NCBI GenBank assembly: GCA_963750165.1
Contig: CAVVPN010000012.1
Coordinates: 768,001-832,000, forward strand
Length of the DNA: 64,000 nucleotides
Source of the DNA: an uncultured Gemmataceae bacterium
Lineage (GTDB): Bacteria; Planctomycetota; Planctomycetia; Gemmatales; Gemmataceae
Direction: 5' to 3'
Position numbers and translations under genes: made by a program. The notes under the pieces were generated by a model. That model made no database searches, was not told the DNA's origin, and saw only the letters and a list, made by a program, of their open reading frames with translations. This document shows, in pieces, positions 1-12,793 of this stretch (positions are counted from its first letter, which is position 1; every line of letters begins with the position of its first letter).

Positions 1-775
1 CCTTGCCACCGGAGCCGCCGTCGGTTTTGGGCGCTGGCCGGTCGCCGCCGCCCTTGTTCTTGCCGCCGTCCTTGCTGGCCTGCTCGTCGCCGCCGCCGCC
101 GCCACCGCCGCCCTTGCCGCCCTTGCCCTTGGGGCCGCCCCCGCCCTTGCCGCCCATCGCGATGATGATGGCCACGACCGCCACCAGCGCAACGCCGACC
201 CCCGCCAGGATCAGGGTCAGCTTCTTCCGGTCCATGCCGGCGGCCTTCTCCTTTTTCTTCTTTTTCTTCTTGCCCTTGCCCTTCTCCTCGTCCTCGTCGT
301 CGTCCTTACCCTTGTCCTTGCTCTTACCCTTACCCTTGTCCTTGCCCTTCGGCTTCTCCTCTTCTTCCTCTTCTTCCTCCTCGTCTTCGTCCTCGTCCTT
401 AACGCGCTTCGCGGGCGCCTTGGCCTTGCCGTTGGTCCTGGCCTTGTCCTTGCCCCTGGCCGGGGCCTCGTCCTCTTCCTCGTCGAGGTCCACGTCCTCC
501 AGCTCTTCGTCCTCGTCGCTGACTTTTTTCTTGCCGGCCTTCACCTGGTAGTTGGCGGCGCAGATGCGCTCGTCCGCGGACGCCTTGCCCTTGTCCTTGG
601 GAGTTTTGCCGCCGACCTCGCTTTTGGCCTTCTTGTCCTTGCTGGCCGGTTCCTCGACGACGAACTTGTACTTGCACTTGGGGCACTCGGTTTTCTTGCC
701 GATCAGTGCCGCATCCTTGATCGGCACGAGCGCTTCACAGCTGGGACAGGGTTGCTTGAATGGGGTGGTCGCCAT
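1..775 (-). CDS. Zinc-ribbon-containing membrane-anchored hypothetical protein (3' end runs off window)
   Basis: Read manually on minus strand from ATG 775: MATTPFKQPCPSC...ECPKCKYKF (two CxxC), long D/E/K-rich linker, one TM helix (LILAGVGVALVAVVAIIIAM), then a Gly/Lys-rich region. No stop before the window edge, so it is absent from the ORF track. Confidence 0.75.
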   Translation of the reverse strand, partial: MATTPFKQPCPSCEALVPIKDAALIGKKTECPKCKYKFVVEEPASKDKKAKSEVGGKTPKDKGKASADERICAANYQVKAGKKKVSDEDEELEDVDLDEEEDEAPARGKDKARTNGKAKAPAKRVKDEDEDEEEEEEEEEKPKGKDKGKGKSKDKGKDDDEDEEKGKGKKKKKKKEKAAGMDRKKLTLILAGVGVALVAVVAIIIAMGGKGGGGPKGKGGKGGGGGGGGDEQASKDGGKNKGGGDRPAPKTDGGSGGK

Positions 776-904
776 GTAGGGGTCTCCGTCACGACGGCGG
801 CAGCAGGTCGTTGGCAAAGCGAAGAAAGTGTACAGGGTGTATCATAAACGTCTGTCGTGGCGGGATGCAAAGGACAAACGCGAAAAATGTCCCGCCCGCC
901 CGCG

Positions 905-2527
905 TCACTGGTCGTACCGGTAGAAGTACAGGCGCAATTTCGGGCGGTCCTTCTTCGCCTTCTGGTACACCTCACGGGTCACCTGGGTGCCGTCCACGTT
1001 CAGCGATTGCAGTTGCGGCAGCGCGATCAACTCGCGGAAGCCCTTGTCGCCCAGCTTCGTGTTGTTGAGCGCCAGCGTCTCCAGCTTCGGCAGCGACTTG
1101 ACGAGCTTCACCGCGTCATCGTTGAAGCTCGTCCCCATCAGCGTCAGTTCCTTCAACTGGGGCAGGTGGGCGAGGTGCTTGAGCCAGTCCGGCTGCAACT
1201 TCGTGTCGGACAGCCACAGTTCTTCCAAACTGTTCATCTTGCCGAGCGCCTTGAAGGCGTCCTCGGTCAGGTCGCAGCGCTGCAGCGATACGTGCTTGAT
1301 CGGCAGCCCGGTCAGCGTCTCCAGGCCAGGGCCGGCCACCTTCGTCTCGTCCAGGGCCAGGTATTTCAGCTTCTTGAACGCCGCGAGTTGTTTGAGCGTG
1401 GCGTCGCTCACGCCGGTGCGGGTCAGGAACAGGTCCGTGGCGTTGGTGCAGTTCAGGACCGCTTGCATGCCCTTGTCGGTCACCTTGCTGTCGCTCAGAT
1501 CGATAAACTGAACCTGCGCGGCGGTGGCCGGCCGTTTGTCCCGCTCCTTCGTCCCGGGCGGCGACGGCCCGTACAGCCAGCCCTTCGCCACCAGCGCTTC
1601 GAGCAGGCCGTCGTCGAGCAGCTTTTTGTTGAACTCGAACTTCGCCGGCAGCCGCGCGTCCACGACGGCCTTGATGCCGGCCGCCGTCACCTTCTGTTCG
1701 CCGTAGCCGGTGCCGAGCTTCAACTCGTTCAGGCGCGGCAATTTGGCGAGGTGCTTCACCCCCTCGTCGGTGAGGCCGTCCACCATCTCCAGCTTGACCG
1801 TCTCCAGCGTCTTCGAGCCGACGAACGCCGCGAACGCCGAGCCGTCCATCGTCAGGCCCATGAGGTAGAGCCCTTGCAGCTTTGGCAGCGTCGCCAGCTC
1901 CTTGACGCCAGCGTCCGTGACCTTTTTCGTGAACATCAGGCTGACCGTGTCGAGGTTGCGGCAGCGGGCCAGTTCCTTGATGCCGGCGTCCGTCACGTCG
2001 TCACCCTTGACGAGGATCATTTCCAGGGTGGGGATGCCAGCGAGAGTCTTCAGGCCCTCGTCGGTGAGTTTCACCCAGCGCAGGTCGATGAACTGCAACG
2101 TTTTCGATTTGGCGATGGTCTTGTATTCTTCGGGGGTGAGGGGGAAGTCCTGGAATTGTTTTGTCTTGTTTTCGATGAGCAGGGAGACGAGCGGCCGGTA
2201 GTCCGTAATGCGGACGTCGGTGAGCATCATCCAGCCCTTCGCTTTCACCAGGGCCACGACCTCCGGGTCCTCATTTTTGGGGATGCCGCGGATCTTCTCC
2301 CAGGGGCTGCGCTCGTTGCCGACCTGGTTGACGTTCTCGTCCTTCGGGCCGCCCTGTTTCACGTTGGGGTCGCCCCGCTTCACGTCACGGTTGGGCCGTT
2401 TCACGTTGGGGTCGCTCTTCTTCACCTCGGGGCTCGGGTCGTCGTTCTTCTGGCAACCGACGCCAAGGGCCACGGACAGGCCGAACAGCAATGTCACCGA
2501 CAGCACACGGGGGGAGAGCCGATTCAT
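905..2527 (-). CDS. Leucine-rich repeat lipoprotein (planctomycete RNI-like LRR)
   Basis: Signal peptide with lipobox LGVGC; many LxxLxLxxTxVTDxGxxxL repeats. Confidence 0.85.
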   Translation of the reverse strand: MNRLSPRVLSVTLLFGLSVALGVGCQKNDDPSPEVKKSDPNVKRPNRDVKRGDPNVKQGGPKDENVNQVGNERSPWEKIRGIPKNEDPEVVALVKAKGWMMLTDVRITDYRPLVSLLIENKTKQFQDFPLTPEEYKTIAKSKTLQFIDLRWVKLTDEGLKTLAGIPTLEMILVKGDDVTDAGIKELARCRNLDTVSLMFTKKVTDAGVKELATLPKLQGLYLMGLTMDGSAFAAFVGSKTLETVKLEMVDGLTDEGVKHLAKLPRLNELKLGTGYGEQKVTAAGIKAVVDARLPAKFEFNKKLLDDGLLEALVAKGWLYGPSPPGTKERDKRPATAAQVQFIDLSDSKVTDKGMQAVLNCTNATDLFLTRTGVSDATLKQLAAFKKLKYLALDETKVAGPGLETLTGLPIKHVSLQRCDLTEDAFKALGKMNSLEELWLSDTKLQPDWLKHLAHLPQLKELTLMGTSFNDDAVKLVKSLPKLETLALNNTKLGDKGFRELIALPQLQSLNVDGTQVTREVYQKAKKDRPKLRLYFYRYDQ

Positions 2528-2558
2528 GATGCGATGCTCCTTCTGGGATACCTGATGT

Positions 2559-3746
2559 TCAGGCTGTTTTATGATTCCCGTTAAGCAACGGCACCGTCCG
2601 CTGCGTCACGCGCCGCAGTGCCGCGGCGTCCACCTCCACGCCCAGGCCCGGCCCCGGCAGCGCCGCTGCCCAGCCACCGCGGCCGAACGTCAGGTCGCGC
2701 TCGCCCAGCGCCTCGCGCACCAGGTGGCGGTCGTAAGAGCCTTCCAGGTAACGCAGGTGGGCGACGCTCGCGGCGAAGTGCCGGCCGGCCGCGGACAGCA
2801 GTGCCGTTTCGCCGACCTGGCAGCCGAGCTGATAGCCGAGACCGTGCCGCTTCGCCAGCTGCGCCAGCCGCAGCGTGGGCACGAAACCGCCGCACTTCGA
2901 CAGCCGCAGGTTGAACAGGTCGCAGGTGCCGTCCTCGACCGCCCGCCGCGCATCCGCTGCGCCGCACAGCGACTCGTCCAGCATCAGCGGCACACCGAGT
3001 TGCTTGCGCACCGCCGCCAGCGCCGCCACCTGCTCGTGCGGCACCGGCTGCTCCACCGCGCTGACGCCGAACGGCAGCAGTTCCGTGACGCGCTGCACGA
3101 GGTTGTCCGGCGTCCACGCCTCGTTGGCGTCGATGCGGATGTCGATCTTGCGGCCGAGACGACGGCGAATGACGCGGAGTCGCTTTACATCATCGTGGCC
3201 CGCGACGCCGACCTTCACCTTCACCTGCCGAAAACCGTAGGCCCACATCAGCCAGGACGACAACCGCAGCTTGAAGCCGCCGCGCGCCGTGACGGCACCG
3301 CTGTACTGCACGCGCGGCCGCGGCTCGTACAGGTCCGGCGCCAGCAGCCGCGTCACCGCCGACAGCGGCGCGCCGAAGTGTTTGCCGTAGGCGTCCAGCA
3401 GGGCCAGCTCGACGGCGCAGCGGGCACCGTTGCCCTGACAGCCGCGGTCGTCGCCGGGGATGGGCCGCAGTTGCAGTCGCTCCGCCAGCGCCGCCGCCGT
3501 GGCGAAATCGCGGCACGGCTCCAGCTGCGCCGCCAGATCGCTGCCCTGCAGCAGCGCCAGCGCCGAATCAATGGTTTCGCCGGTGACGTACTCGCGCGGC
3601 ACCCCTTCGCCGTGGCCGACGACGCCGTTCTCCAGCACGCAGCGCACTAACACGTTGTCGGTGCTGGTGCGCGTGTAGGAGGCGTGGCGGAACGGCTTTC
3701 GCAAGGGGATGCGCACATGGGTGGCGCTCAACTCGACGACGCGCAT
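2559..3746 (-). CDS. Enolase superfamily enzyme, MLE/dipeptide epimerase-like subgroup
   Basis: N-terminal capping domain (GHGEG), KVK, metal ligands DAN / EQP / DES, SKCGG. Confidence 0.85.
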   Translation of the reverse strand: MRVVELSATHVRIPLRKPFRHASYTRTSTDNVLVRCVLENGVVGHGEGVPREYVTGETIDSALALLQGSDLAAQLEPCRDFATAAALAERLQLRPIPGDDRGCQGNGARCAVELALLDAYGKHFGAPLSAVTRLLAPDLYEPRPRVQYSGAVTARGGFKLRLSSWLMWAYGFRQVKVKVGVAGHDDVKRLRVIRRRLGRKIDIRIDANEAWTPDNLVQRVTELLPFGVSAVEQPVPHEQVAALAAVRKQLGVPLMLDESLCGAADARRAVEDGTCDLFNLRLSKCGGFVPTLRLAQLAKRHGLGYQLGCQVGETALLSAAGRHFAASVAHLRYLEGSYDRHLVREALGERDLTFGRGGWAAALPGPGLGVEVDAAALRRVTQRTVPLLNGNHKTA

Positions 3747-3904
3747 GGAGAGGATCCTCTGCGTTTCGCATCAACCACACCCTCACCGTACAGACCCACC
3801 CCAGCAGGGCAACCCTGCAACGCCAACGTCTATCCGACCGCTCAGGCCGCCGTATAATCTCCCCAGCCCCTCCCCGGGCGTCCCCGTTTCTCCCGAGCAC
3901 TGTC

Positions 3905-5210
<1,306 letters not shown>

Positions 5211-5214
<4 letters not shown>

Positions 5215-6869
5215 ACCGCGAAGTGTCCCCGCCGCCCGAGGCTGCCACCGTTTCCCCGGAGGCGGTGCCCCCCGAGTTCCCACCCACACTTCCCACCGGC
5301 TCGGCGACGCCCTGGACCTGGCGGGCGGCCATCGCCGCGGGCGTCGCGCTGCTGGCGTGGCTGGCGTTCCAGTTGCAGGATGCCCTTGGCAGTAGCGGCC
5401 AGGCGGCGCTGGGCATCGTCTGCTTCTTCGGCGTCGCGGCGTTCTTCTCGGCGGACCTGCGCCGCGTCAACTGGCGGCTGGTCGGCGTCGGCGCCACCCT
5501 GCAGGTCCTCCTGGTGCTGTCCATCCGCCTGGAGATTCATGGCCTCGGCTGGCTCGGGCTGCCGGACCGCTTCCTGCCGGGCTACGAGTTTTTCGAGGCC
5601 ATCACGGGGGTGGTGCGGCAGTTCGTCGGCTTCGCGATGGAGGGCGCCCGCTTCGTTTTCGGGACGCTGCCGAACCAGGCGATCTTCGCCTTTTCGGTGT
5701 TGCCGGTCATCATCTTTTTCGCGTCGTTCTTCAGCGTCCTGTACTACTTTGGTGTCTTGCAGTTCGTGGTGCGGCAGATGGCTCGCGTCATGATGCGGCT
5801 GATGGGCACCAGCGGCGCCGAGACGCTGTCTGTGACCGCCAACGTCTTCATGGGCCAGACCGAGGCGCCGTTGACCATCAAGCCGTACCTGCCGCGCATG
5901 ACGCAGTCAGAACTGCTGACGGTCATGGTCGGCGGCATGGCGCACATCTCCGGCGGCCTGATGGCGGTCTACATGGAGATGGGCGCCGACGCCGTCGCCA
6001 TCCTGGCCACCAGCGTCATGGCGGCGCCGTGCAGTTTGTACCTGAGCAAGGTGGTGCTGCCCGAGACCGGCCGCCCGGAAACCAGCGGCCGCATGAAAGT
6101 CAGTGACGAAAAGCTGCACCGCAACGTCATCGACGCGGCCTCGGCGGGCGCCTCCGACGGCATGCTGCTGGCCATCAACGTCGCGGCCATGCTGATCGCG
6201 TTTCTGGCGTTCCTGGCGATGGCCAATTACCTGCTGGGCCGGGTGGCGTCGGGCCAGTCGCTGTTCACGACGCTGCAGCAGGGCGGGGCCGGTAACGCGG
6301 TGCTGTCGCTGGCGGTGCTGGTGGCGCTGTTCGCGCTGCTGCTGTACGCCGGGCGGCGCTGGTGGCCGGCCCTGTTCTACCGCGACAACCTGCCGGTCTG
6401 GCTGCTCAAGGGCGGCCTGGTCGTGGTGGCGTTCGTCATCTTCGTCGGCGTGACGGACGTGGTGCTGCAAAACCTGGCGCCGGACCTGAAGCTCAAGACG
6501 ATCTTCTCGGCGGTGTTCGCGCCGGCGGCGGTGCTGATGGGCGTGGAGGGCAAGGACGTGCCGATCGTGGCGGACCTGCTCGGCATCAAGCTGGCGGCCA
6601 ACGAGTTTGTCGCGTTCGTGGAGCTGAAGCAGTACAATGCGAAAGGCGCCATCAGCGCGCGCGGCCTGGAGCTAGCGACGTACGCGCTGACCGGCTTCGC
6701 CAACTTCGCGTCGATCGGCATTCAACTGGGCGGCATCGGCGGCATGGCGCCGAACCGCCGGTCGGACCTGGCGCGGCTCGGGGCGACGGCGCTGCTGGTC
6801 GGCTTTTTGGTGACGCTGCTCAACGCCTCCGTCGCGGCGCTGCTGCCGCGCTGGGTCATCGGGTTGTGA
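5211..6869 (+). CDS. nupC: Concentrative nucleoside transporter, CNT/NupC family
   Basis: FAFSVLPVIIFF, NVFMGQTEAPL, NEFVAF, GFANFASIGIQLGG; overlaps the phosphorylase stop. Confidence 0.9.
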
Positions 6870-6931
6870 ACCGTAGGACAGGCGGCCCGCCTGTCCGGCG
6901 ACTGGACAGGCGGGCCGCCTGTCCTACGGTT
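6869..6931. repeat. REP-like inverted dimer (GTAG-type), probably also a bidirectional terminator
   Basis: Perfect 28-bp arms AACCGTAGGACAGGCGGCCCGCCTGTCC (6869-6896) and 6904-6931, between convergent genes; each arm is itself palindromic. Confidence 0.85.
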
Positions 6932-7691
6932 TACTCTGGTCTGGTGAAGGTCTTATCGTCGAACCGCGCCGGGAAGGTGATTTGGAGCGTCTCCGCATCC
7001 AGGAACTTCTTGCCGGCCAGGTTGATGAGCAACTTCGTCGGCTGCTTGACGCCGTCGAATTCCCTGAAGTCGCTGTAAAATTCCTCCCGGACCACCGCCG
7101 CCTTGCTGACCGGATCGTTCCCCGGCGCGTCATCTTGACGAGCAGGAAGGTGTCCTTGTCGAAGTAGAGTTGCACGTCTTTCTTGCCCGGATAGGCCACA
7201 TTGATGCCCAGGGCCGGCTTGCCCTTGACGTTGCTCTCGCCCAGGCTGGTCAGCGTGAAGTTCTTGTCCTGGATCAGCGGCGTCAGCATCTGCACCAGCG
7301 CGGTGTACTGGGTGAAGCGCACCTGGGCCGCTTCCTGCTCGTCGGCCTCCTTGACCTCGCGGCTGACCGAGGTCCAGACCTTGTCACCGTTCTGCACCTG
7401 GATGACCGTGACCGGGACGCCCTTGAGGGTCAGGGTCAGGACGGTGCGGCTGCGGTCGGGCAGGTCCTGGTAGGCGTCGCTGGTGAAGGGCACTTCCCTG
7501 TCCATGATGAACGCACTGCCCTTGCCCTGCACACGCGTGCGTCTCAGCAGTTCGAGGTTCTTGGCCCCGCCGTGGGCAACGATGGCCTTGTCGATGACGG
7601 CCTTGGCGTTGCCGGCCCCCTGGCCCCAGGCGTGGACGGCCAGCCCCAGCAGCAGGGCGGCGACGGACCCGTGTGACAGCCACTTGCGCAT
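6931..7691 (-). CDS. Secreted hypothetical protein (apparent frameshift near 7118)
   Basis: Signal peptide MRKWLSHGSVAALLLGLAVHAWG, then 'AKAVIDKAIVAHGG'; C-terminus EEFYSDFREFDGVKQP...FTRPE* lies in another frame ending at TAA 6931. Confidence 0.7.
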
Positions 7692-7857
7692 GATGTCCTC
7701 CGTGGCATCAGGATGTGGTGGAACGAAACTTACTGCAGGGTAGCATAATCCACCCTCGGGGCCGCGGTCAACGGCCGTCCCTTCCCATGTCCGTGCCGCC
7801 GCCATATATCATCACCTTCTGTAAACCATCCGTGCGCCATCGACAGGGAGAAGTCGC

Positions 7858-8766
7858 GTGTCCGAACCAGGGATTGCCCCCAGCTACACCACCGCCCTGG
7901 GCCGGGCCTATCGCGCCGACGCCCTCGACCTGCTCCGCAACCTGCCCGACGACTCCGTGGCCCTGGTGCTCACGTCGCCGCCGTTCGCGCTGCGCCGCCA
8001 GAAAGCCTACGGCAATGTCACTCCCGCGGAGTACGTCGAGTGGTTCTGGCCCTTCGCGGAGGAAATTTATCGAGTGCTGCGGCCGGACGGCAGCTTCGTC
8101 TTCGACCTGGGAGGTGCCTGGAACCGCGGCAGCGGCACGCGCTCGCTGTTCCCCTATGAACTGATCCTGCGCCTGGCCCGGATTTTCCACCTGGCGCAGG
8201 AGTTTTACTGGTACAACCCGGCGCGGCTGCCGACGCCGGCGGAGTGGGTGACGATCCAGCGCACGCGCGTCAAGGACGCCGTGAACACCCTCTGGTGGCT
8301 GGCGAAAACGACGACGCCCCAGGCCGACAACCGCCGGGTGCTGCGGCCCTACAGCAAGTCCATGCACCGGTTGCTGCGCGACGGCTACGAGGCGGCGGAG
8401 CGGCCATCGCAGCACAAGATTTCACCGCACTTCCGCCGCGACAACGGCGGCGCCATCCCGCCCAACCTGCTCACCGTGTCGAACACGCGCTCGCAGGATG
8501 AATACATCCGCCGCTGCCGTGCCGCCGGTTTGCCAGTCCACCCCGCCCGCTTCCCCGCCGCGGTGCCCGAGTTCTTCATCCGCTTCCTGACGCAGAAGGG
8601 CCAACTCGTCGTCGATCCCTTCGCCGGCAGCAATGTTACCGGCTGCGTCGCCGAGGCACTGGAGCGTGCCTGGGTCAGCGTCGAGGTCAACGCCGACTAC
8701 GTGGAGGGTTCGCGGCTGCGCTTCGAGGACGCGCTGGTCCGGGTGCCAGCAGCACCCTGCTCGTAG
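7858..8766 (+). CDS. Site-specific DNA methyltransferase, N4-C/N6-A beta class (orphan)
   Basis: Catalytic TSPPF precedes HPARFP and the SAM-binding DPFAGS motif. Confidence 0.9.
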   Translation: MSEPGIAPSYTTALGRAYRADALDLLRNLPDDSVALVLTSPPFALRRQKAYGNVTPAEYVEWFWPFAEEIYRVLRPDGSFVFDLGGAWNRGSGTRSLFPYELILRLARIFHLAQEFYWYNPARLPTPAEWVTIQRTRVKDAVNTLWWLAKTTTPQADNRRVLRPYSKSMHRLLRDGYEAAERPSQHKISPHFRRDNGGAIPPNLLTVSNTRSQDEYIRRCRAAGLPVHPARFPAAVPEFFIRFLTQKGQLVVDPFAGSNVTGCVAEALERAWVSVEVNADYVEGSRLRFEDALVRVPAAPCS

Positions 8767-8774
8767 CACATTTC

Positions 8775-8832
8775 GTGGCACGGCTCTCCAGAGCCGTGTC
8801 TTCTACCCCACGGCTCTGGAGAGCCGCGCTAC
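8775..8832. repeat. REP-like inverted dimer
   Basis: GTGGCACGGCTCTCCAGAGCCGTG (8775-8798) and its reverse complement (8809-8832, 2 mismatches), between convergent genes. Confidence 0.8.
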
Positions 8833-9499
8833 TCAGCGGCGAGAGCGCAACAGGTTGAGGTGCCGGCTGAAGCGGTCTTCCATGTAGTGATGGATGTTGA
8901 CGAGCACGCGCACATCGCCGGGGCTGACCATGCGGCCGTTGCTCAGTTCGACCTCGTTGACGGCAATGATGCGCTCCAGTTCGAGCAGCTCTTTCTCAAA
9001 CGCGGCGAAGCGTTCGTCGAGGGATTCATTGCGCATGTTCTCCGTGACGTTCCAGAAGCGGCAGGCGTCGGCGAACGTCAGTTCGTTCTTGCGCCGCTCC
9101 TCGAACTTCTGCGCCGCGGTGCTGTCGAGCAAGGTGATGAGGTGCCGTTCCAGGTCCGGCCGCAGCCGTACGGTCGGCGCCACCTCGGGCTCGGTTTCTT
9201 GCTGCAGGAGCTTGCGCACGGCGTACTTGCCCTCGCGCGTCAGGGCGTAGAGCTTCTGGCCCATCTTGATGAGCCAGCCTTTGCGCCAGGCCCTTCTCGC
9301 CCATAATGCTGCTGAGGATCTTGTTGGAATCGGGGTACTGGTCGGCGTAGCCCTTCAGACCGAAGGCCCGCGGGAACTGCTGCCACGAGGCGACGATCAG
9401 CGCCTCGGCGCTGAACGGCGACTGGCCCTGCTGGTCGAGCTGGTGGGCGGCGAGGAGGATTTTTTCGGGTACGGTCAATTCGACGATGTTGCTAATCAC
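8833..9499 (-). CDS. Hypothetical protein, possible winged-helix N-terminus (apparent frameshift near 9283)
   Basis: Joining ORF 9026..9538 (LTVPEKILLAA...YPDSNKILSSIMGEKGL) to 8833..9264 (GWLIKMGQKLYALTREG) gives a wHTH-like 'GWL...YALT.EG' pattern. Confidence 0.65.
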
Positions 9500-9730
9500 G
9501 GCTTTCCCCCGGACAGTCAGGCACGCGAGACGGAACACCCCTTACTGGAGATTGTGCCGTCCGCGGCGCCGCCCGGTCAAAGGCAATCGTGGGTTTGTGG
9601 GCCGAGAAGTCGGCGCCGGTGCCGCGCCAGCCGACAGGACCGTTGCGTTCGGCACGGCCGTTTGCAAACCCACCCCCAGCGCGGTATCGTAACCGCATCT
9701 TCCCTTGTGGTCCCCACCTGGAGAGCGCGC

Positions 9731-11294
9731 ATGCCTGCCACCCCCCTGTCGCAAGTCGCCGTCCACTTGCGGCCCAACGATAACGTCGCCATCGCCGCCC
9801 GCCACCTGCAACCCGGCCTCGAAATCACCGCCGACGGTCGCACCCTCCGCCTCGCCGGCCGCGTCGGCCTCGGCCACAAGTTCGCGCTGCGTGACATCCG
9901 CAAGGGCGAAGCCATTCTCAAGTACGGCCAGATCATCGGCTTCGCCAACCAGGACGTCCCCGCCGGCACGCACGTTCATGTCCACAACGTTGCCGCCGAC
10001 GCCTTCGAGCGCGACTACGCCTTTTGCAGCGAATGTCCGCCGCCCCTGCCGCCGCCCCCCGAACAGCGTTACTTCCTGGGCTACGACCGCGGTGACGGCC
10101 GGTACGGCACACGCAATTACATCGCCATCATCAGCACCGTGAACTGCTCCGCGAGCACGAGCAAGTACGTCTCCGAGAAATTCCGCTCCACCGACCTGCT
10201 GAAGCAGTTCCCGAACGTCGATGGCGTGGTGGCGATCACGCACAAGGCCGGCTGCGCCATGCAGTACGACGGGCCAGACCACCGCCAACTCGACCGCACG
10301 CTCGCCGGCTTCGCGCGGCACGCCAACGTGGCGGCGTACATCCTCATCGGCCTCGGCTGCGAAACCGGCCAGGCGACGCATCTGATCGAGGGCGAACACC
10401 TGATCCAGCTCAATGGCATCACGGGCGCCGCGAAGAAGAAGCCGCTGGTCATCAGCATTCAGGAGTGCGGCGGCATCGGCAAGACCGTGGATGCCGGCGT
10501 GCGGGCCATCGCCGAGCTGCTGCCGCAGGTCAACGACTGGCAGCGCACGAAGATTTCCGCGGACAAGATCATTTTGGGCACCAACTGCGGCGGCTCCGAC
10601 GGCAACAGCGGCGTCACCGCCAACCCGGCGCTCGGTGTCGCGTCGGACCTGCTGGTGCAGCAGGGCGGCACCAGTATCATCGGTGAGACATCCGAGATTT
10701 ACGGGGCCGAGCATCTGCTGACGCGGCGGGCCGTCAACCGGGCGGTCGGCGAGAAGCTGGTCGAGCGTATCAAGTGGTGGGAGTGGTACACGGGCGTCTT
10801 CGGGCGCGGAGATCAACAACAATCCGTCGCCGGGCAACAAGGAAGGCGGCCTGACAACCATTTACGAGAAGTCGCTGGGGGCCATCGCCAAGGGCGGCAG
10901 CACGGCGCTGGTGGACGTGGTGCATTACGCGGAGCCGGTGCGGGCGAAGGGCTTCGTCGTCATGGACACGCCGGGCTACGACCCCGTGAGCATGACGGGC
11001 ATTGTCGCGGGCGGGGCCAACGTGCTGGTGTTCACGACGGGCCGCGGTTCGGTGTTCGGCTGCAAGCCGGCGCCGTCGATCAAGGTGGCGACCAACACGC
11101 CAATGTTCAACCACATGATCGACGACATGGACATCAACGCCGGCGTCATCCTCGATGGCGTGCCGGTCGCGGAAGTGGGCCGGCAGATTTTCGAGGAGAT
11201 TCTGGCGGTCGCCAGCGGCAAGAAGACCAGGAGTGAGCTGAACGGCGTCGGCGAGGAGGAGTTCGCGCCGTGGAGCATTGGGCCGACGTTGTGA
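9731..11294 (+). CDS. uxaA: UxaA/GarD family sugar-acid (altronate/galactarate) dehydratase with SAF domain (apparent frameshift near 10805)
   Basis: DNVAIA, GHKFAL, KYGQIIG, HVHN, GTRNY, VNCS, CGGSD, NPSPGNKEGGL (across the shift), MDTPGYD, FTTGRGS. Confidence 0.88.
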
Positions 11295-11309
11295 GTACCT
11301 CTTTCTCCG

Positions 11310-11349
11310 CTCACCCCCGACCCCTCTCCCCCTGAAGGGAGCGAGGGGA
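11310..11349. repeat. CTCACCCC..CCCCTCTCCC..GGGAG.GAGGGG-type palindromic repeat overlapping the 3' end of the kinase gene
   Basis: CTCACCCCCGACCCCTCTCCCCCTGAAGGGAGCGAGGGG hairpin between convergent genes; it supplies the kinase tail 'SPRSLQGERGRG'. Confidence 0.6.
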
Positions 11350-12793
11350 GTCAGGCACGCCGACGGCCACCGACAGCCGCAGCCGAAAGCACGCCCCGCC
11401 GTCGGGATGGTTGCCGGCCGTCAAACTGCCGCCGTGCGTCTCCGCGATGCGCTGCGACGTGACCAGGCCCAATCCCAGCCCCGTTTCCTTGCTGCTGACG
11501 AACGGCTGGAACAACCGCGGCAACAGGTCGTCACTGATGCCCGGCCCGGTGTCGCGCACCCCGACCTCCACCTGGCCGTCCGCCGGCGGCCCCACCGCGA
11601 CCTCCAGGCGGCCGCCGCGCGGCATCACATCCAGGGCGTTCAGCACCAGGTTGACGAACAACTGCTGTAACTGCTCGGCGTCGGCGTTGACCAGGACCGA
11701 CTCCGCCAGCGGTGTGAACGCCACCGCCACCTGTTGCTTGCGGGCGCGACCGGCGACCAGCGCCAGCGTGCGCCGGATCGGCTCGGACAGGTCCGTCAGC
11801 CGATACGACGGCTGGGGCGGCCGGGCGAAGTCCAGGAACGTTTGCAGGCAGCGCTCCATGCGGCGGATTTCCAGCTCGATGATGTTCAGGTCCTCCGGCG
11901 ACAGGCCCTGCGCGGCCAGCTCCTCGCGCGTGGTCTGCACCAGCATCTTGATCGACGTGAGCGGATTGCGCAGCTCGTGGGCGACGCCGGCGGCCAGCTG
12001 ACCGACCGCCGCCAGTTGCTCGGCGCAGCACCTCGCGTTCCCGCTGTTGCAGCTTGCGCACCACCTGCTCGATCTCGCGGACGACGCCCTGCATCTGCTC
12101 GTGGACCTGGTGCAGGTCGGTGGTCTCGGCCAGGGCGACCGCGGGCAGATCCTGGCCGAGCTTGTTGGCGGCGTCCTGGACGCGCACGCTCAGGTGGTAG
12201 ATGGAGTGGCGCAGGCCGCGCGCGACGCCATAGCCCAGCAGCAGCCCCGCCAGCGACGCCACCGTGCCCACCGCCATCAGGCCGAGGACCATCCAGCGCA
12301 CCGTCGTCCGGTGAGTGCTCTCCGAGGCGCTCACCTCTGCCGCGTTGAACTCTTGCAGCTGGGCGCACAACGGCAGAGTTTTGTGCTCCAGAATGTCCAG
12401 GGCCGGGCGCAGGTCCTTGGCCGTGGTGCCATTCTCGCCGCGCTGTCGCCAGCGCTCGAAGTAGTGATCGAGGCTGATCCGCAGCCGATCCACGATGGCC
12501 TTCTCCCTGTCCTTGTCCGCCAGCTGGCTGACGCGCTTCAGGTGCGCGCGGATGCGCTGATGGAGCGAGGCCACCTGATCGTTGTTGTCGCTCAGCAGGA
12601 CCACCAGGTCGCGCAGGGTGGTTTCCAGGTCGTGGGCCTCCTGGGCGCTGCTGACGTTCTCGCCGAGCACCTCGGCGGAGGAGAGTTGCTGGAAATACAG
12701 GTACAGGGCCGCCGCCGCGCACAGGGCCAGCAGCACCAGGCTGACCAGGATGGTCGGCGCGGCGATCCGAAGGGACAGGCTGCGATTCCACAT
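11311..12793 (-). CDS. Membrane sensor histidine kinase, NtrB-like (apparent frameshift near 12025)
   Basis: Two TM helices; H-box (EQLAAVGQLAAGVAHELRNPL across the shift); N/G1/F/G2 boxes NLVLNALD, DTGPGI, FQPF, GLGLGL. Confidence 0.88.

Noticed and set aside
240..530. Trinucleotide-like TCC/TCT/CTT repeats
   Set aside because: Explained by the Asp/Glu/Lys-rich linker of the minus-strand protein.
2357..2415. Short direct repeats TTTCACGTTGGGGTCGC in the LRR gene
   Set aside because: Simple coding duplication (DPNVK) in a disordered lipoprotein tether.
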